Source of the DNA: Eledone cirrhosa
Taxonomy: Eukaryota
Assembly: GCA_964016885.1 (NCBI GenBank)
Contig: OZ024751.1
Span: 50,654,001 to 50,718,000, forward strand
Length of the DNA: 64,000 bases
Direction of reading: 5' to 3'
Position numbers and translations under genes: made by a program. A model generated the notes under the pieces. It made no database searches. It had not been told where the DNA came from and worked only from the letters and a program-made list of their open reading frames with translations. Positions 1 to 12,353 of the stretch are shown here, piece after piece. The stretch's first letter is position 1. Each line of letters opens with the position of its first letter.

Positions 1-592
1 TATATATCTATGTCCCATTCATGAATATTAATATGTATATTTTTATTATTCATTTCATATGAATTGTTAACTCAACTTAACATGACATGACGTAAAGTTT
101 TCATAATCTCCCTCTCTCTCTATTGAACATTTCTCTCTCTTGAGTTTTTCTATCTGTCTGTTGACTTAATATCTCTGTTGCTTTCCTCTGTTTTTCTTAT
201 TTCTTCCTTTTTTCTTCTTTCTTCCTTTCCTCCTGTCTTTACTTATCTCTTTCTTTTTTTCTCCATGCATCTCTCTCTCTCTCCGATATTTCTCCACGTT
301 TTTTCTTTCTCTCCGTCTTTTTCTTTCTCTCCGTTTTTTTTTCTTTCTCTCCGTCTTTTTCTAATTGTCCTTAACACTATGACTTATTAAAGTTATATAA
401 ACAATTCACTATCCGGATGACTTCCAAAAACAATGGTTGCATTTTAATAGGGTACGTCAAAGCTTATTTGTAAAACTGTTAGATATTGTATTTTGTCTGA
501 TGAAGGCATACCATAATTTAATTTGGTATCCCTGAAATATGTATAATGAAATAAATATGGTTTTATAAATATAGTTTCCATTTATTAATATC
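1..592 (+). mobile_element. 3' UTR/pseudo-LTR end of a Penelope-like element (diverged relative of the 5114-12562 family), cut by the window edge
   Basis: CT-rich tract, then TAAAACTGTT..ATATTGTATTTTGTCTGATGAAGGCATA...GAAATAAATATGGTTTTATAAATATAGTTTCCATTTATT, colinear with 12340-12469. Ends directly in (TA)n. Confidence 0.85.
483..558 (+). ncRNA. Type I hammerhead ribozyme (minimal stem III)
   Basis: Stem I ATATTGTATTTTGT/ATGAAATAAATAT; CTGATGA 497-503; stem II AGGcATACCA..TGGTATcCCT; GAAA 534-537; predicted cleavage after AUA at 545. Confidence 0.85.
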
Positions 593-680
593 GTATATAT
601 ATAATATATATATTTTAAATATATATATATAATATATATATTTTAAATATATATATATAATATATATATTTTATATATAT

Positions 681-712
<32 letters not shown>

Positions 713-777
713 ATATATATATTTTAAATATATATATATATATATAATATATATATATATATATAATATATATATAA

Positions 778-846
<69 letters not shown>

Positions 847-1079
847 TATATATATATATAAAATAGATATAAAATATATATATATATATATAAAATATAT
901 ATATATATAAAATATATATATATATATATATATAAAATATATATATTTTAAATATATATAATATATTTAAAATATATATATATATATATATATAAAATAT
1001 ATATATTTTAAATATATATAATATATTTAAAATATATATATTTAAAATATATATATTATTTATATATATATATAATATA

Positions 1080-1121
<42 letters not shown>

Positions 1122-1219
1122 TATATTATTTATATATATATATATAATATATATATATATTATATATATATATAATATATATATATTATATATATATATA
1201 AATAATATATATATTTTAA
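593..1219. repeat. Imperfect (TA)n microsatellite
   Basis: Direct reading; interspersed TTTTAAA/TAAAA interruptions. Confidence 0.97.
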
Positions 1220-1276
1220 ATATAAATTAATAAAATAATGAATAAACAAAGAAACAGTTCCTTATATTAAAAAAAT

Positions 1277-1418
1277 TCATCATTTTACGATCGTTTCTAG
1301 GATATATATGTGTTAGAGTTGGTATGCATATTCTATAGATCTATGTACAATATTTATACAAACTATCAGAGGAAATATACATACCTACACATATATATGC
1401 TGTCTTCAGAAATAATGA
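1277..1418 (-). ncRNA. Type I hammerhead ribozyme with ~105-nt extended stem II
   Basis: Minus strand: stem I TCATTATTT/AAATGATGA (9 bp, one GU); CTGAAGA 1409-1403; stem II ATATATATGTGTAG/CTAACACATATATAT and GGTATGTATATT/AATATGCATACC; GAAA 1297-1294; palindromic ACGATCGT; cleavage after GUA (1286/1285). Confidence 0.82.
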
Positions 1419-2070
1419 TATTTGTTTATTGAAAAAAACAAAGATTCAATACAATAGGTCTGTTTGGGAACAGGTTTTGAATTGACTAATAGAGAGATAG
1501 TGAGGGTCAAGATAGTAATATAGTAGTAGAAGAACCTTAAATTATGGGTAGAGGAAGGTAGATTTCAGTTTTGGATGGAAAAGAATATTATGAATGAAGG
1601 ATTATTTTAGGGAAGAAAATAGGTCATATGCTGACCTCAGAAATAAATATATTTGTTCATTGAATAAAACCAACAAACATCTAATATATTGTGTCTGTTT
1701 GGTAAGAGGTTTAGAATTAACCAATAGAAAGTTAATAATTGGCCAAATGGTAAAATAGTAGTAACTGAAGCTTATTTTAGGGGTGAAAATAGGTCAGGTG
1801 GTCAGTAAAAGGTATACAAGCAGTTGCTGTTATAAAATAGTAATGCCAATGTAAATATCTAAGGAGACTAAAGTTTTACGATAAGAGTGTTAGTGAAAAA
1901 AATACATCTATGAAAAGAATATAAATCAATTTAATTGATGGGTATATTTAAAATGATAAAATTATACTAATACATATAGATATGATAAATAAGAGTTAGA
2001 TGAAGTTAAAAAGTGCTGTTAAAGATGAGGGGAAATTAAGAGAATATAAAAATAATATATATATATACAC

Positions 2071-2171
<101 letters not shown>

Positions 2172-2179
2172 AATATATA

Positions 2180-2226
<47 letters not shown>

Positions 2227-3343
2227 AGATCAAAAGATGGTTAAAGGAGTTCCATGTATTTTATTATGCGCATTTCAAAAACAAACATCATCATGCAATA
2301 ATATTTGTATTTTCATCAGATAAAACAGGAGAACATGATATGAAGGCTAAAAAACACTTGTGGATAGTGCAGTTTTAAATCAACATATGAAAAGTGGTTT
2401 TAGATTGATGTGTGATATTGGGAAAAATATTTTATTTAGAGAGGGGGGGGGTGGAAAGGATGAAAAAGGGAAGGAGATGAGATAGTTTTTATAACTGAGA
2501 GGAGATATATTGTTTTACATAGAGAGGTTGAAAACCGTTGGAAGATAATGTATAAATTAAAAATTAAAAAAAAAAAAAAAAAAATTTTGAAAATTAACGA
2601 AGGGAGGATATGTGCGAGGAAAAAATATTTTATTTAGGGAGGGTGGGTGGAAAGGATGAAAAAAGGGGGAGGAGATGAGAGTGAAGGTGGAGAGGGAGAG
2701 ATGGGTGATAGAGAGAAAGAGATAGTTTTTATAACTGAGAAAAAGATATATAGTTTTACATAGAGAGGTTGGGAACCGTTGGAAGATAATGTATAAATTA
2801 AAGGAATTTGAAAATTAACGACGGGAATTTATGTATGAAGATAGAGAGAAAAAATAATAATTGTGGATGAATATTCTAACGTCAAAAAAAGAAATGTATG
2901 TTGATAAGATATTGTGGCAATTTCAAAATTAACGAAGAGAAAAATTATTAAGGTTTGTGTGTAGAAGGATTTGAGAAAAATAATGTGGAGTTAAAGTTTG
3001 TATATTGAAGGAATTGATAATATATCCGAATAAAGAGTTAATGTGTATTAATAATGAGTTCGTTGATGGGGAGAAAAAAATAATAAATTAAGGATGAAAT
3101 TGAGATTAAAAAGATTTATGATAGAGAGAAAAAATAATAATGATTGCGGATGAATATTCTAACGTCAAAACAACAAATGTATATGTTATGATTTTACAAG
3201 GTGGAGATAGAATGAGGGTAATGAGTAAACAAGTATTATAGAGTGTATAATGCCCTTTAAAGTAAGGTAGATGGGTATATTTTAAAGAGGTGTATGTATA
3301 TGTGCCTTTGAGAAAAGATTCTAAATTGATAAAGAATTGAATA

Positions 3344-4915
3344 TTAACTGTATACTTTGTGAAAAGTTCTATGGAATTTATGCAGGCAGATAGAAAACAA
3401 ATCTGTACGTCTATTTATTATAGAATCTAGGTTAGAGATAATGGTAAATTTTTCATTTAGGCAGAGATTACAGATTTTAGATAGAGAGCTGTTCAAGTAT
3501 GAGGATGCAGAAGAAATCTTCTTCCAAAAGATGGTATATTTAATGTTTTTGTCTTTTAAGGACCATATGAGTTCTGAGAGAGCAGTGTTGGTTCTTTTAA
3601 GTTTGTATTTGAAAGATGAATGATGATTATAGAGACGAGCTTTAAAAGAGGTGGAAGTGGAGCCAAAATAGGTGAAGGAATTGGTGCTAGTTATAATTTT
3701 ACATTCATAAATTAAGTTTTTATCGAGACAATGGTTGTTGAGAGGACATTTATTTTTAATGCGGCAGTTGCAATTAGAGAGATTATTAATGAGTGACCTA
3801 GTGTTATCTATAGAAGGAATTGGATTGGAGAAGTTGTTTGCGATAGGAATAATAGGAATAATAGTTTCTTGATTTAGAGTTGGATTATGAACATTTAGCG
3901 AAGTTGTGTTTGACGTTGTATTTGGGTTTACAGAAGTTAGCCTAGGGTTTACAATGACGTCGGGAGTACTATTACTGTTATTATGAAATTCAATATTGGA
4001 AGGAAGAGATTTAGTATTTAGTATTTTATTGTTGTGTTTAGAGATGATGTTGGAAATATTGGAGGATGTAGAATACGAAAATTTGATGGTGTGTTTGTTA
4101 AATATTTTACTATAGATATGTGAGGGAGGGAAGCATTTATTTAAGGCACTAAAAAATAATTTAGGAATATTGTTATTAATAGAGATGGAGAAAGGAGCAT
4201 TATACCAGATTATGTTTTTGTATCTAGGTCTTTTATTAAAATTATTGGAATGGTCATGATTAATTATTCTACTGTAAGTTTTTCTAGAATTTGTTTCTTT
4301 ACTATATTTGATTTTATCTGGATAGCCGGCTTTAGAAAGTGCGTTATTATAGTAATTGGCGTTAGCATCAAAGATGTTTTTATTAGAAGATATGTTAGAT
4401 ATTCTTTTTCCAATATTATTAACTATAGCATTCTTGATATTGGTAGGATGGTTAGATTTAAAGTTAACATAATTTAGGTTCTCATTGTTTTTATGGTAAG
4501 GGTAATATAGGCCAGTGTCAAGATTAAGAGATACATCCAAGAAATTAGCTAGTTTGATACTATTATCAAATTCAATTTTTAGGTTATGTTGGTTAAAGAG
4601 ATTACGTATATTGTTCTTAATAATATTAAGGTTAACTATATTGCAATTTAGGATAGTAAAGAGTCCATCGTCACGATAAATTCCACCGCGGAGTTGAGGA
4701 ATTTTCCGACTCAAAGAGTTCAAAATGAAGATACCAATTAAATCAGTCAATTGGGATTAATCGGATGCTCCCATTGTGATGTCGAAGTTGTTAGAGGTAT
4801 CGGCTCTGGTCCAATATTCGTTGTTGAACTCTAGGATGGTTTTACGTGCGGTGAGGATGATGTGAAGTTCATCTGTGGTGATGTCAGAATATTTAAGTGC
4901 GAAAGATAGAGCATT
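3344..4915 (-). pseudogene. Penelope-like RT + GIY-YIG endonuclease, 5'-truncated, with premature stop
   Basis: YRDD motif, FLDVSL, CNCRIKNKCPLNNHC, IY...YFGSTSTSFKARLYNH, CNLC..CLH. Homology continues upstream of the called ORF through an in-frame TAA at 4759-4757 (NFDITMGASD*SQLTD) to about 4915 (NALSFALKYSDITTDELHII). Confidence 0.93.
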
Positions 4916-4918
4916 ATA

Positions 4919-5005
4919 TTATGTATACTCCAGTCCTACAAACTGTAGAGTGCTTCTTATCCGATATCTGCATTGCTTTATTGTACTACAATAAAACTCA
5001 CCTCC

Positions 5006-5010
<5 letters not shown>
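4919..5010 (+). mobile_element. Inverted PLE 3' tail fragment
   Basis: TGTATACTCCA...GAGTGCTTCTTAT resembles the family-B tail (ACTCCA...GAGTGCTTTTATAT). Ends ...TACAT into (AT)n. Confidence 0.6.
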
Positions 5011-5044
<34 letters not shown>

Positions 5045-5152
5045 AATATATAATATATATAATATATATATATATATATAATATATATATATATAATATA
5101 TATATATATAATATACAATATTAAATAAATGGAAAACTATATTTATAAAACC

Positions 5153-5229
5153 ATATTTATTTCATTATATATATTTCGGGGATATCATATTAACAATATG
5201 CTATGCCTTCATCAGACAAAATACAATAT
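5153..5229 (-). ncRNA. Type I hammerhead ribozyme
   Basis: Reverse complement of 12354-12430. Confidence 0.82.
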
Positions 5230-5586
5230 AAACAGTTTTATAGATAAATATATTCGACATACCGTAATAAACATCAACTTCATTTGAAGAGGTTTAGTCT
5301 AGCAGTGAAAATACAGAGAGAAAGAAAGAGAGAAAGAAAAGAGGGAAAAAACGAAAGAAAGAAAGACAAAACGAAGAAAAGGAAGAAAAAGAAGAAAAAG
5401 AAAAAGAAGAAATGCATGGAACAAAATAGAGAGATGGAAAAACAGATAAAGTGAAGAGCTTCATGTAAAGAGACAGAAAGATATATATATATAGAGAGAG
5501 AGAGGAAATAGAGATAGATACATATATATATATATAGAAAATTAGGTAGTGGGAGGTCATTTTGAGTAAGTGTATCAATGATACAT

Positions 5587-5629
<43 letters not shown>

Positions 5630-6703
5630 GCTCAAGTATTAATGTAAGGGAGATATATAGAGAGATATAGAGAGATATAGAGAGATATAGAGAGATATAG
5701 AGAGAGAAAAAAATTAAAAAATATCCAGACATATTCGAGGCGTAGAAAACCCTATGTTTTAATGTATTAGTATTTATAAAACTTACACTACACTGTAAAT
5801 ATCAGTATTCCTGAATGAAACAAGTATTCACAATGTGTGAAAATTGATTATCTTATGTTTAGTTTTAAAAATTCATATGTCTATGTGACAGCTACAAATC
5901 TCAATGTGAATCCAACTGATTCACTCCGCAAACTCTAAGTTATCGGAAAACATTCTCAATGTGGTATAAAAATTTGAGCGTATTATTATTCTTGCGATTA
6001 CTCTACAAGATTATCTATCAAGCAGAAATAGAGAGCAGATTTCAATATACTAATCGAAAATATATATTATATTATAAACATAATAATAAGTAAAAATATA
6101 GAATAGAAAACTAAAAAAATATTACGAAAGAATATTACATAATAAAAATATTGCATATTAAAAATACTACGTATTAAAAAATATTACGTATTAAAGATTT
6201 ACATATAAAAATTTACATATAAAAATATACATATAAAAATTTACATATAAAAATTTACATATAAAAATATATAAAAATATTTAAAAAAATAAATAAAATA
6301 AAAATAAAAATAAAAATGAAAATAAAAATAAACCACAAAAAAACAACCCTTCAAAGTTAATTGACAATATATTGCCACGTTCACTACAAGACAAAGCCAA
6401 AAATTATCTATCAAATCACATCTAGCAAAGAATATCGTAAAAAGATTATGATGTCCAATTATGTCTACATATGTTCCTATGTTTAATATAGAAGTTTATC
6501 TAGTGTAAGGTTAATTCAAAAAATTTGGAGCATCGGCTTTTAGGGTAGCTTAATTTTTCATGAGGAATGTTTAGATAAAAATAAAAATAAAAATAAATAA
6601 AATAAAATAAACAATAAAAAGAGTAAAACGAGGGAATCAAAGATTTAGGAATCAAAAGATTTATCGGCTAGTTCTCATATAAATATAAATCAAACTAAAT
6701 ATA

Positions 6704-8542
6704 CTACATTTTAAATTTAAATTTATATTTAAACGTTGAGTTTAATCTATGTTTGCAACAACTGAATAAATTTGTCCGTAGGTTAAGGGAGTTTTTAGAT
6801 TTTAGTATAAAGAATATCTCCTCTGCACAGAGGTCACATGTCTCAGAGGATGAATTAAAAGGAATCCCTCTTGAGACTATATTCCAAGCCGTCGAATATC
6901 TAACGTTATCTAGCTTAAGTTGCCAGAGTACCCCTGATAGTGCCGTTGAAGATTTTTTATTTGGATCTGTGAAAGAATTCTTGTGGTTATTATAGCGAAG
7001 TTTAAATTCCGTCGATGTGGAACCGACGTAGTTAAAAGAATTAGAGTCAGTATTAACATTACAATTGTATACTATATTTTTAACTAAGCAGTTGTTATTT
7101 AACGGACATTTAGATCTATCTCTACAGTTACATTTGTTAACTTGTATATTATTTATGCTATTATCAGTAGGTTTTAAGTTCCTATTATTTATTCTATTAA
7201 TATTTTGTGCTAAATTTTTGGTGGATGAGTAGGTTAATTTAATTGTATGCCTATTGAAGATTGAGGGATACCTATGTGTTCTAGGGAAGCGATTATCAAG
7301 AGCTTTGAAAAATAATTTAGCGATGTGGGTTTTAATGTTTAGTGAGAAAGGGGGGGCAAACCAAATTATGTTCCTAGTTCTATTTCTTTTTTGTCCTTTG
7401 GAATTATTGTAATGCTTTCTATTATAGTTGTTAATGTTGTTGCCGTAATTAAAAAAGTTGTTACTTTGTTTAGTTTGTCTATCATTATCTATGTATACAA
7501 TCTTATCAGCATACCCTGCCCTAGCTAGTGCATCATTATAGTATTGGGCCTTTTCGTCAAAAATCTTTCTATTCGACGAGATCCTAGAGATACGTTTTTG
7601 GACTGAGTTTACTATAGTGTTTTTGACAGATCTGGGGTGGTTAGAGTTAAAGTTGACATAGTTTAAGTTTTCATTCAACTTGTGAAAAGGATAGTGGAGA
7701 CATGTGTTGAGATTTAATGTTATATCTAGGAAATTGACTATTCTATGGTTGTTCTCAATTTCTATTTTAAGGTTAAAGTAATTAAAAAATTTTGTAATTT
7801 GTTTACATTTTCTATTTAGTTCAGGGTTATTATTATTAATAAGTAAAAGCATGTCATCCCTATATAAACCTCCGGTAGTACCAGGTATTTTCCTATGTAG
7901 CGAATTGATTAAAAATAAGCCCACAAGGTCAGTTACCTGAGCTGAGTCGGAAGATCCCATAGTTATGTCAAAATTGCTATCTCTATCTGCTCTAGTCCAT
8001 AATTTGTCATTAAATTCTATCAGAGTTTTCCTAGCCGATAATATAATATGCATTTCTTTGCTAGTTAGGTCCGTATGTTTGAATGCGTAATTTAGTGCCC
8101 TATTTAGTAGACTAGGGGTAATAGAAGAATAATAGTTAGCTATATCAAGTTGAATAAACCTATTATTATTGTCATATTTAATTTGCCTAAACCACTCAAC
8201 AACCTCTCCAGTTCCCTTCCACAAGCTCAGGTTAGATACACAATCCAAGTTCTTAATTTGTAGTATCACCCTGTCAAGAATGCTTTTACTTAATTTTCCC
8301 AGGTCCGATTTTGAAGGTGCGATCAATCTCACTGGCAGGTCATTTTCAAAATTGCTCTTGTGGTCCTTCATATTGATCTTCGGTTTCCTGGGCACGAAAG
8401 GTTGTGTTCTGTTCTCAATTTCCAACTCATGCATTATACAAGATGCTTCAACATTCATTTTCTCAAGTTCGGCCTTATCTGCTACCTTGTATTTTTTCCT
8501 CAGCTCTTTCAGTATGAGGCCATTATACATGTCTTTCCGCAC
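6704..8542 (-). pseudogene. 5'-truncated inverted copy of the PLE RT-GIY-YIG ORF
   Basis: 612 aa essentially identical to residues ~126-737 of the 8663-10876 product; lacks the N-terminus. Confidence 0.93.
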
Positions 8543-8546
8543 TCCA

Positions 8547-8620
8547 TCGAGTGCTTTTATATCAGTTATAAATATTTACTAGTTGTAACCCAACAATTTT
8601 AAATATAACTTTACATGTAT
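8547..8620 (+). repeat. 74-bp direct terminal repeat (pseudo-LTR remnant), second copy at 12489-12562
   Basis: TCGAGTGCTTTTATATCAGTTATAAATATTTACTAGTTGTAACCCAACAATTTTAAATATAACTTTACATGTAT occurs at both sites, and again at ~21417-21490. Confidence 0.92.
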
Positions 8621-8662
8621 CTTGCTCCAATACTGTTGAGCGCTTTATATTATAACTGAAAA

Positions 8663-10876
8663 ATGGAATTCTTTAAGATTACTTCCTCTCTAAAAGACAT
8701 ACCTCTACCTAGAAACAAAGACTTTGTAAAACAACTAATAGATAAATCTGACTCTTTTATAAGGAGAATCAGGTGGCGTGCATTCCACTTTGATAAATCT
8801 AATGCAGACGAAAATATCTCGGACTTAAACAAAGTTTTCAAATCTAAAAGAAATCCACCCCCTAACAAACTTTTATCTGACTTTGAAAACGATATAATTT
8901 CTATCATACAAGGGGTCAAATTTAAGAGAAACTTTAAAGGCCAGGAATATCTGAAAGGCATTAAGAATAACATTGAGAGCTTAGAGAAAACTGAGAAGAT
9001 CTTGGTGAAATCTGACAAGACCAACAACCTCTATGGAGTGCGGAAAGTGATGTATAATGGCCTCATACTGAAAGAGCTGAGGAAAAAATACAAGGTAGCA
9101 GATAAGGCCGAACTTGAGAAAATGAATGTTGAAGCATCTTGTATAATGCATGAGTTGGAAATTGAGAACAGAACACAACCTTTCGTGCCCAGGAAACCGA
9201 AGATCAATATGAAGGACCACAAGAGCAATTTTGAAAATGACCTGCCAGTGAGATTGATCGCACCTTCAAAATCGGACCTGGGAAAATTAAGTAAAAGCAT
9301 TCTTGACAGGGTGATACTGCAAATTAAGAACTTGGATTGTGTATCTAACCTGAGCTTGTGGAAGGGAACTGGAGAGGTTGTTGAGTGGTTTAGGCAAATT
9401 AAATATGACAATAATAATAGGTTTATTCAACTTGATATAGCTAACTATTATTCTTCTATTACCCCTAGTCTACTAAATAGGGCACTAAATTACGCATTCA
9501 AACATACGGACCTAACTAGCAAAGAAATGCATATTATATTATCGGCTAGGAAAACTCTGATAGAATTTAATGACAAATTATGGACTAGAGCAGATAGAGA
9601 TAGCAATTTTGACATAACTATGGGATCTTCCGACTCAGCTCAGGTAACTGACCTTGTGGGCTTATTTTTAATCAATTCGCTACATAGGAAAATACCTGGT
9701 ACTACCGGAGGTTTATATAGGGATGACATGCTTTTACTTATTAATAATAATAACCCTGAACTAAATAGAAAATGTAAACAAATTACAAAATTTTTTAATT
9801 ACTTTAACCTTAAAATAGAAATTGAGAACAACCATAGAATAGTCAATTTCCTAGATATAACATTAAATCTCAACACATGTCTCCACTATCCTTTTCACAA
9901 GTTGAATGAAAACTTAAACTATGTCAACTTTAACTCTAACCACCCCAGATCTGTCAAAAACACTATAGTAAACTCAGTCCAAAAACGTATCTCTAGGATC
10001 TCGTCGAATAGAAAGATTTTTGACGAAAAGGCCCAATACTATAATGATGCACTAGCTAGGGCAGGGTATGCTGATAAGATTGTATACATAGATAATGATA
10101 GACAAACTAAACAAAGTAACAACTTTTTTAATTACGGCAACAACATTAACAACTATAATAGAAAGCATTACAATAATTCCAAAGGACAAAAAAGAAATAG
10201 AACTAGGAACATAATTTGGTTTGCCCCCCCTTTCTCACTAAACATTAAAACCCACATCGCTAAATTATTTTTCAAAGCTCTTGATAATCGCTTCCCTAGA
10301 ACACATAGGTATCCCTCAATCTTCAATAGGCATACAATTAAATTAACCTACTCATCCACCAAAAATTTAGCACAAAATATTAATAGAATAAATAATAGGA
10401 ACTTAAAACCTACTGATAATAGCATAAATAATATACAAGTTAACAAATGTAACTGTAGAGATAGATCTAAATGTCCGTTAAATAACAACTGCTTAGTTAA
10501 AAATATAGTATACAATTGTAATGTTAATACTGACTCTAATTCTTTTAACTACGTCGGTTCCACATCGACGGAATTTAAACTTCGCTATAATAACCACAAG
10601 AATTCTTTCACAGATCCAAATAAAAAATCTTCAACGGCACTATCAGGGGTACTCTGGCAACTTAAGCTAGATAACGTTAGATATTCGACGGCTTGGAATA
10701 TAGTCTCAAGAGGGATTCCTTTTAATTCATCCTCTGAGACATGTGACCTCTGTGCAGAGGAGATATTCTTTATACTAAAATCTAAAAACTCCCTTAACCT
10801 ACGGACAAATTTATTCAGTTGTTGCAAACATAGATTAAACTCAACGTTTAAATATAAATTTAAATTTAAAATGTAG
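8663..10876 (+). CDS. Penelope-like retroelement polyprotein: reverse transcriptase + C-terminal GIY-YIG endonuclease (737 aa, apparently intact)
   Basis: N-terminal SLKDIP; KSDKTN; LDIANYYSSI; ITMGS; YRDD; FLDITL; linker CNCRDRSKCPLNNNC; IVY...YVGSTSTEFKLRYNNH; CDLCAEE; CKH. Confidence 0.95.
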   Translation: MEFFKITSSLKDIPLPRNKDFVKQLIDKSDSFIRRIRWRAFHFDKSNADENISDLNKVFKSKRNPPPNKLLSDFENDIISIIQGVKFKRNFKGQEYLKGIKNNIESLEKTEKILVKSDKTNNLYGVRKVMYNGLILKELRKKYKVADKAELEKMNVEASCIMHELEIENRTQPFVPRKPKINMKDHKSNFENDLPVRLIAPSKSDLGKLSKSILDRVILQIKNLDCVSNLSLWKGTGEVVEWFRQIKYDNNNRFIQLDIANYYSSITPSLLNRALNYAFKHTDLTSKEMHIILSARKTLIEFNDKLWTRADRDSNFDITMGSSDSAQVTDLVGLFLINSLHRKIPGTTGGLYRDDMLLLINNNNPELNRKCKQITKFFNYFNLKIEIENNHRIVNFLDITLNLNTCLHYPFHKLNENLNYVNFNSNHPRSVKNTIVNSVQKRISRISSNRKIFDEKAQYYNDALARAGYADKIVYIDNDRQTKQSNNFFNYGNNINNYNRKHYNNSKGQKRNRTRNIIWFAPPFSLNIKTHIAKLFFKALDNRFPRTHRYPSIFNRHTIKLTYSSTKNLAQNINRINNRNLKPTDNSINNIQVNKCNCRDRSKCPLNNNCLVKNIVYNCNVNTDSNSFNYVGSTSTEFKLRYNNHKNSFTDPNKKSSTALSGVLWQLKLDNVRYSTAWNIVSRGIPFNSSSETCDLCAEEIFFILKSKNSLNLRTNLFSCCKHRLNSTFKYKFKFKM

Positions 10877-11940
10877 TATATTTAGTTTGATTTATATTTA
10901 TATGAGAACTAGCCGATAAATCTTTTGATTCCTAAATCTTTGATTCCCTCGTTTTACTCTTTTTATTGTTTATTTTATTTTATTTATTTTTATTTTTATT
11001 TTTATCTAAACATTCCTCATGAAAAATTAAGCTACCCTAAAAGCCGATGCTCCAAATTTTTTGAATTAACCTTACACTAGATAAACTTCTATATTAAACA
11101 TAGGAACATATGTAGACATAATTGGACATCATAATCTTTTTACGATATTCTTTGCTAGATGTGATTTGATAGATAATTTTTGGCTTTGTCTTGTAGTGAA
11201 CGTGGCAATATATTGTCAATTAACTTTGAAGGGTTGTTTTTTTGTGGTTTATTTTTATTTTCATTTTTATTTTTATTTTTATTTTATTTATTTTTTTAAA
11301 TATTTTTATATATTTTTATATGTAAATTTTTATATGTAAATTTTTATATGTATATTTTTATATGTAAATTTTTATATGTAAATCTTTAATACGTAATATT
11401 TTTTAATACGTAGTATTTTTAATATGCAATATTTTTATTATGTAATATTCTTTCGTAATATTTTTTTAGTTTTCTATTCTATATTTTTACTTATTATTAT
11501 GTTTATAATATAATATATATTTTCGATTAGTATATTGAAATCTGCTCTCTATTTCTGCTTGATAGATAATCTTGTAGAGTAATCGCAAGAATAATAATAC
11601 GCTCAAATTTTTATACCACATTGAGAATGTTTTCCGATAACTTAGAGTTTGCGGAGTGAATCAGTTGGATTCACATTGAGATTTGTAGCTGTCACATAGA
11701 CATATGAATTTTTAAAACTAAACATAAGATAATCAATTTTCACACATTGTGAATACTTGTTTCATTCAGGAATACTGATATTTACAGTGTAGTGTAAGTT
11801 TTATAAATACTAATACATTAAAACATAGGGTTTTCTACGCCTCGAATATGTCTGGATATTTTTTAATTTTTTTCTCTCTCTATATCTCTCTATATCTCTC
11901 TATATCTCTCTATATATCTCCCTTACATTAATACTTGAGC

Positions 11941-11979
<39 letters not shown>

Positions 11980-12353
11980 ATGTATCATTGATACACTTAC
12001 TCAAAATGACCTCCCACTACCTAATTTTCTATATATATATATATGTATCTATCTCTATTTCCTCTCTCTCTCTCTCTATATATATATCTTTCTGTCTCTT
12101 TACATGAAGCTCTTCACTTTATCTGTTTTTCCATCTCTCTATTTTGTTCCATGCATTTCTTCTTTTTCTTTTTCTTCTTTTTCTTTTTCTTCTTTTTCTT
12201 CCTTTTCTTCGTTTTGTCTTTCTTTCTTTCGTTTTTTCCCTCTTTTCTTTCTCTCTTTCTTTCTCTCTGTATTTTCACTGCTAGACTAAACCTCTTCAAA
12301 TGAAGTTGATGTTTATTACGGTATGTCGAATATATTTATCTATAAAACTGTTT

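Noticed and set aside
4757-4759. In-frame stop as possible recoding (selenocysteine, as in some Naiad PLEs)
   Set aside because: The codon is TAA, not TGA, and aligns to Ser (TCA) in family B; a simple nonsense mutation.
8169-9411. Short ORFs antisense to the PLE ORFs (137, 126, 125, 80 aa)
   Set aside because: Shadow frames of the RT gene, duplicated only because of the inverted repeat.
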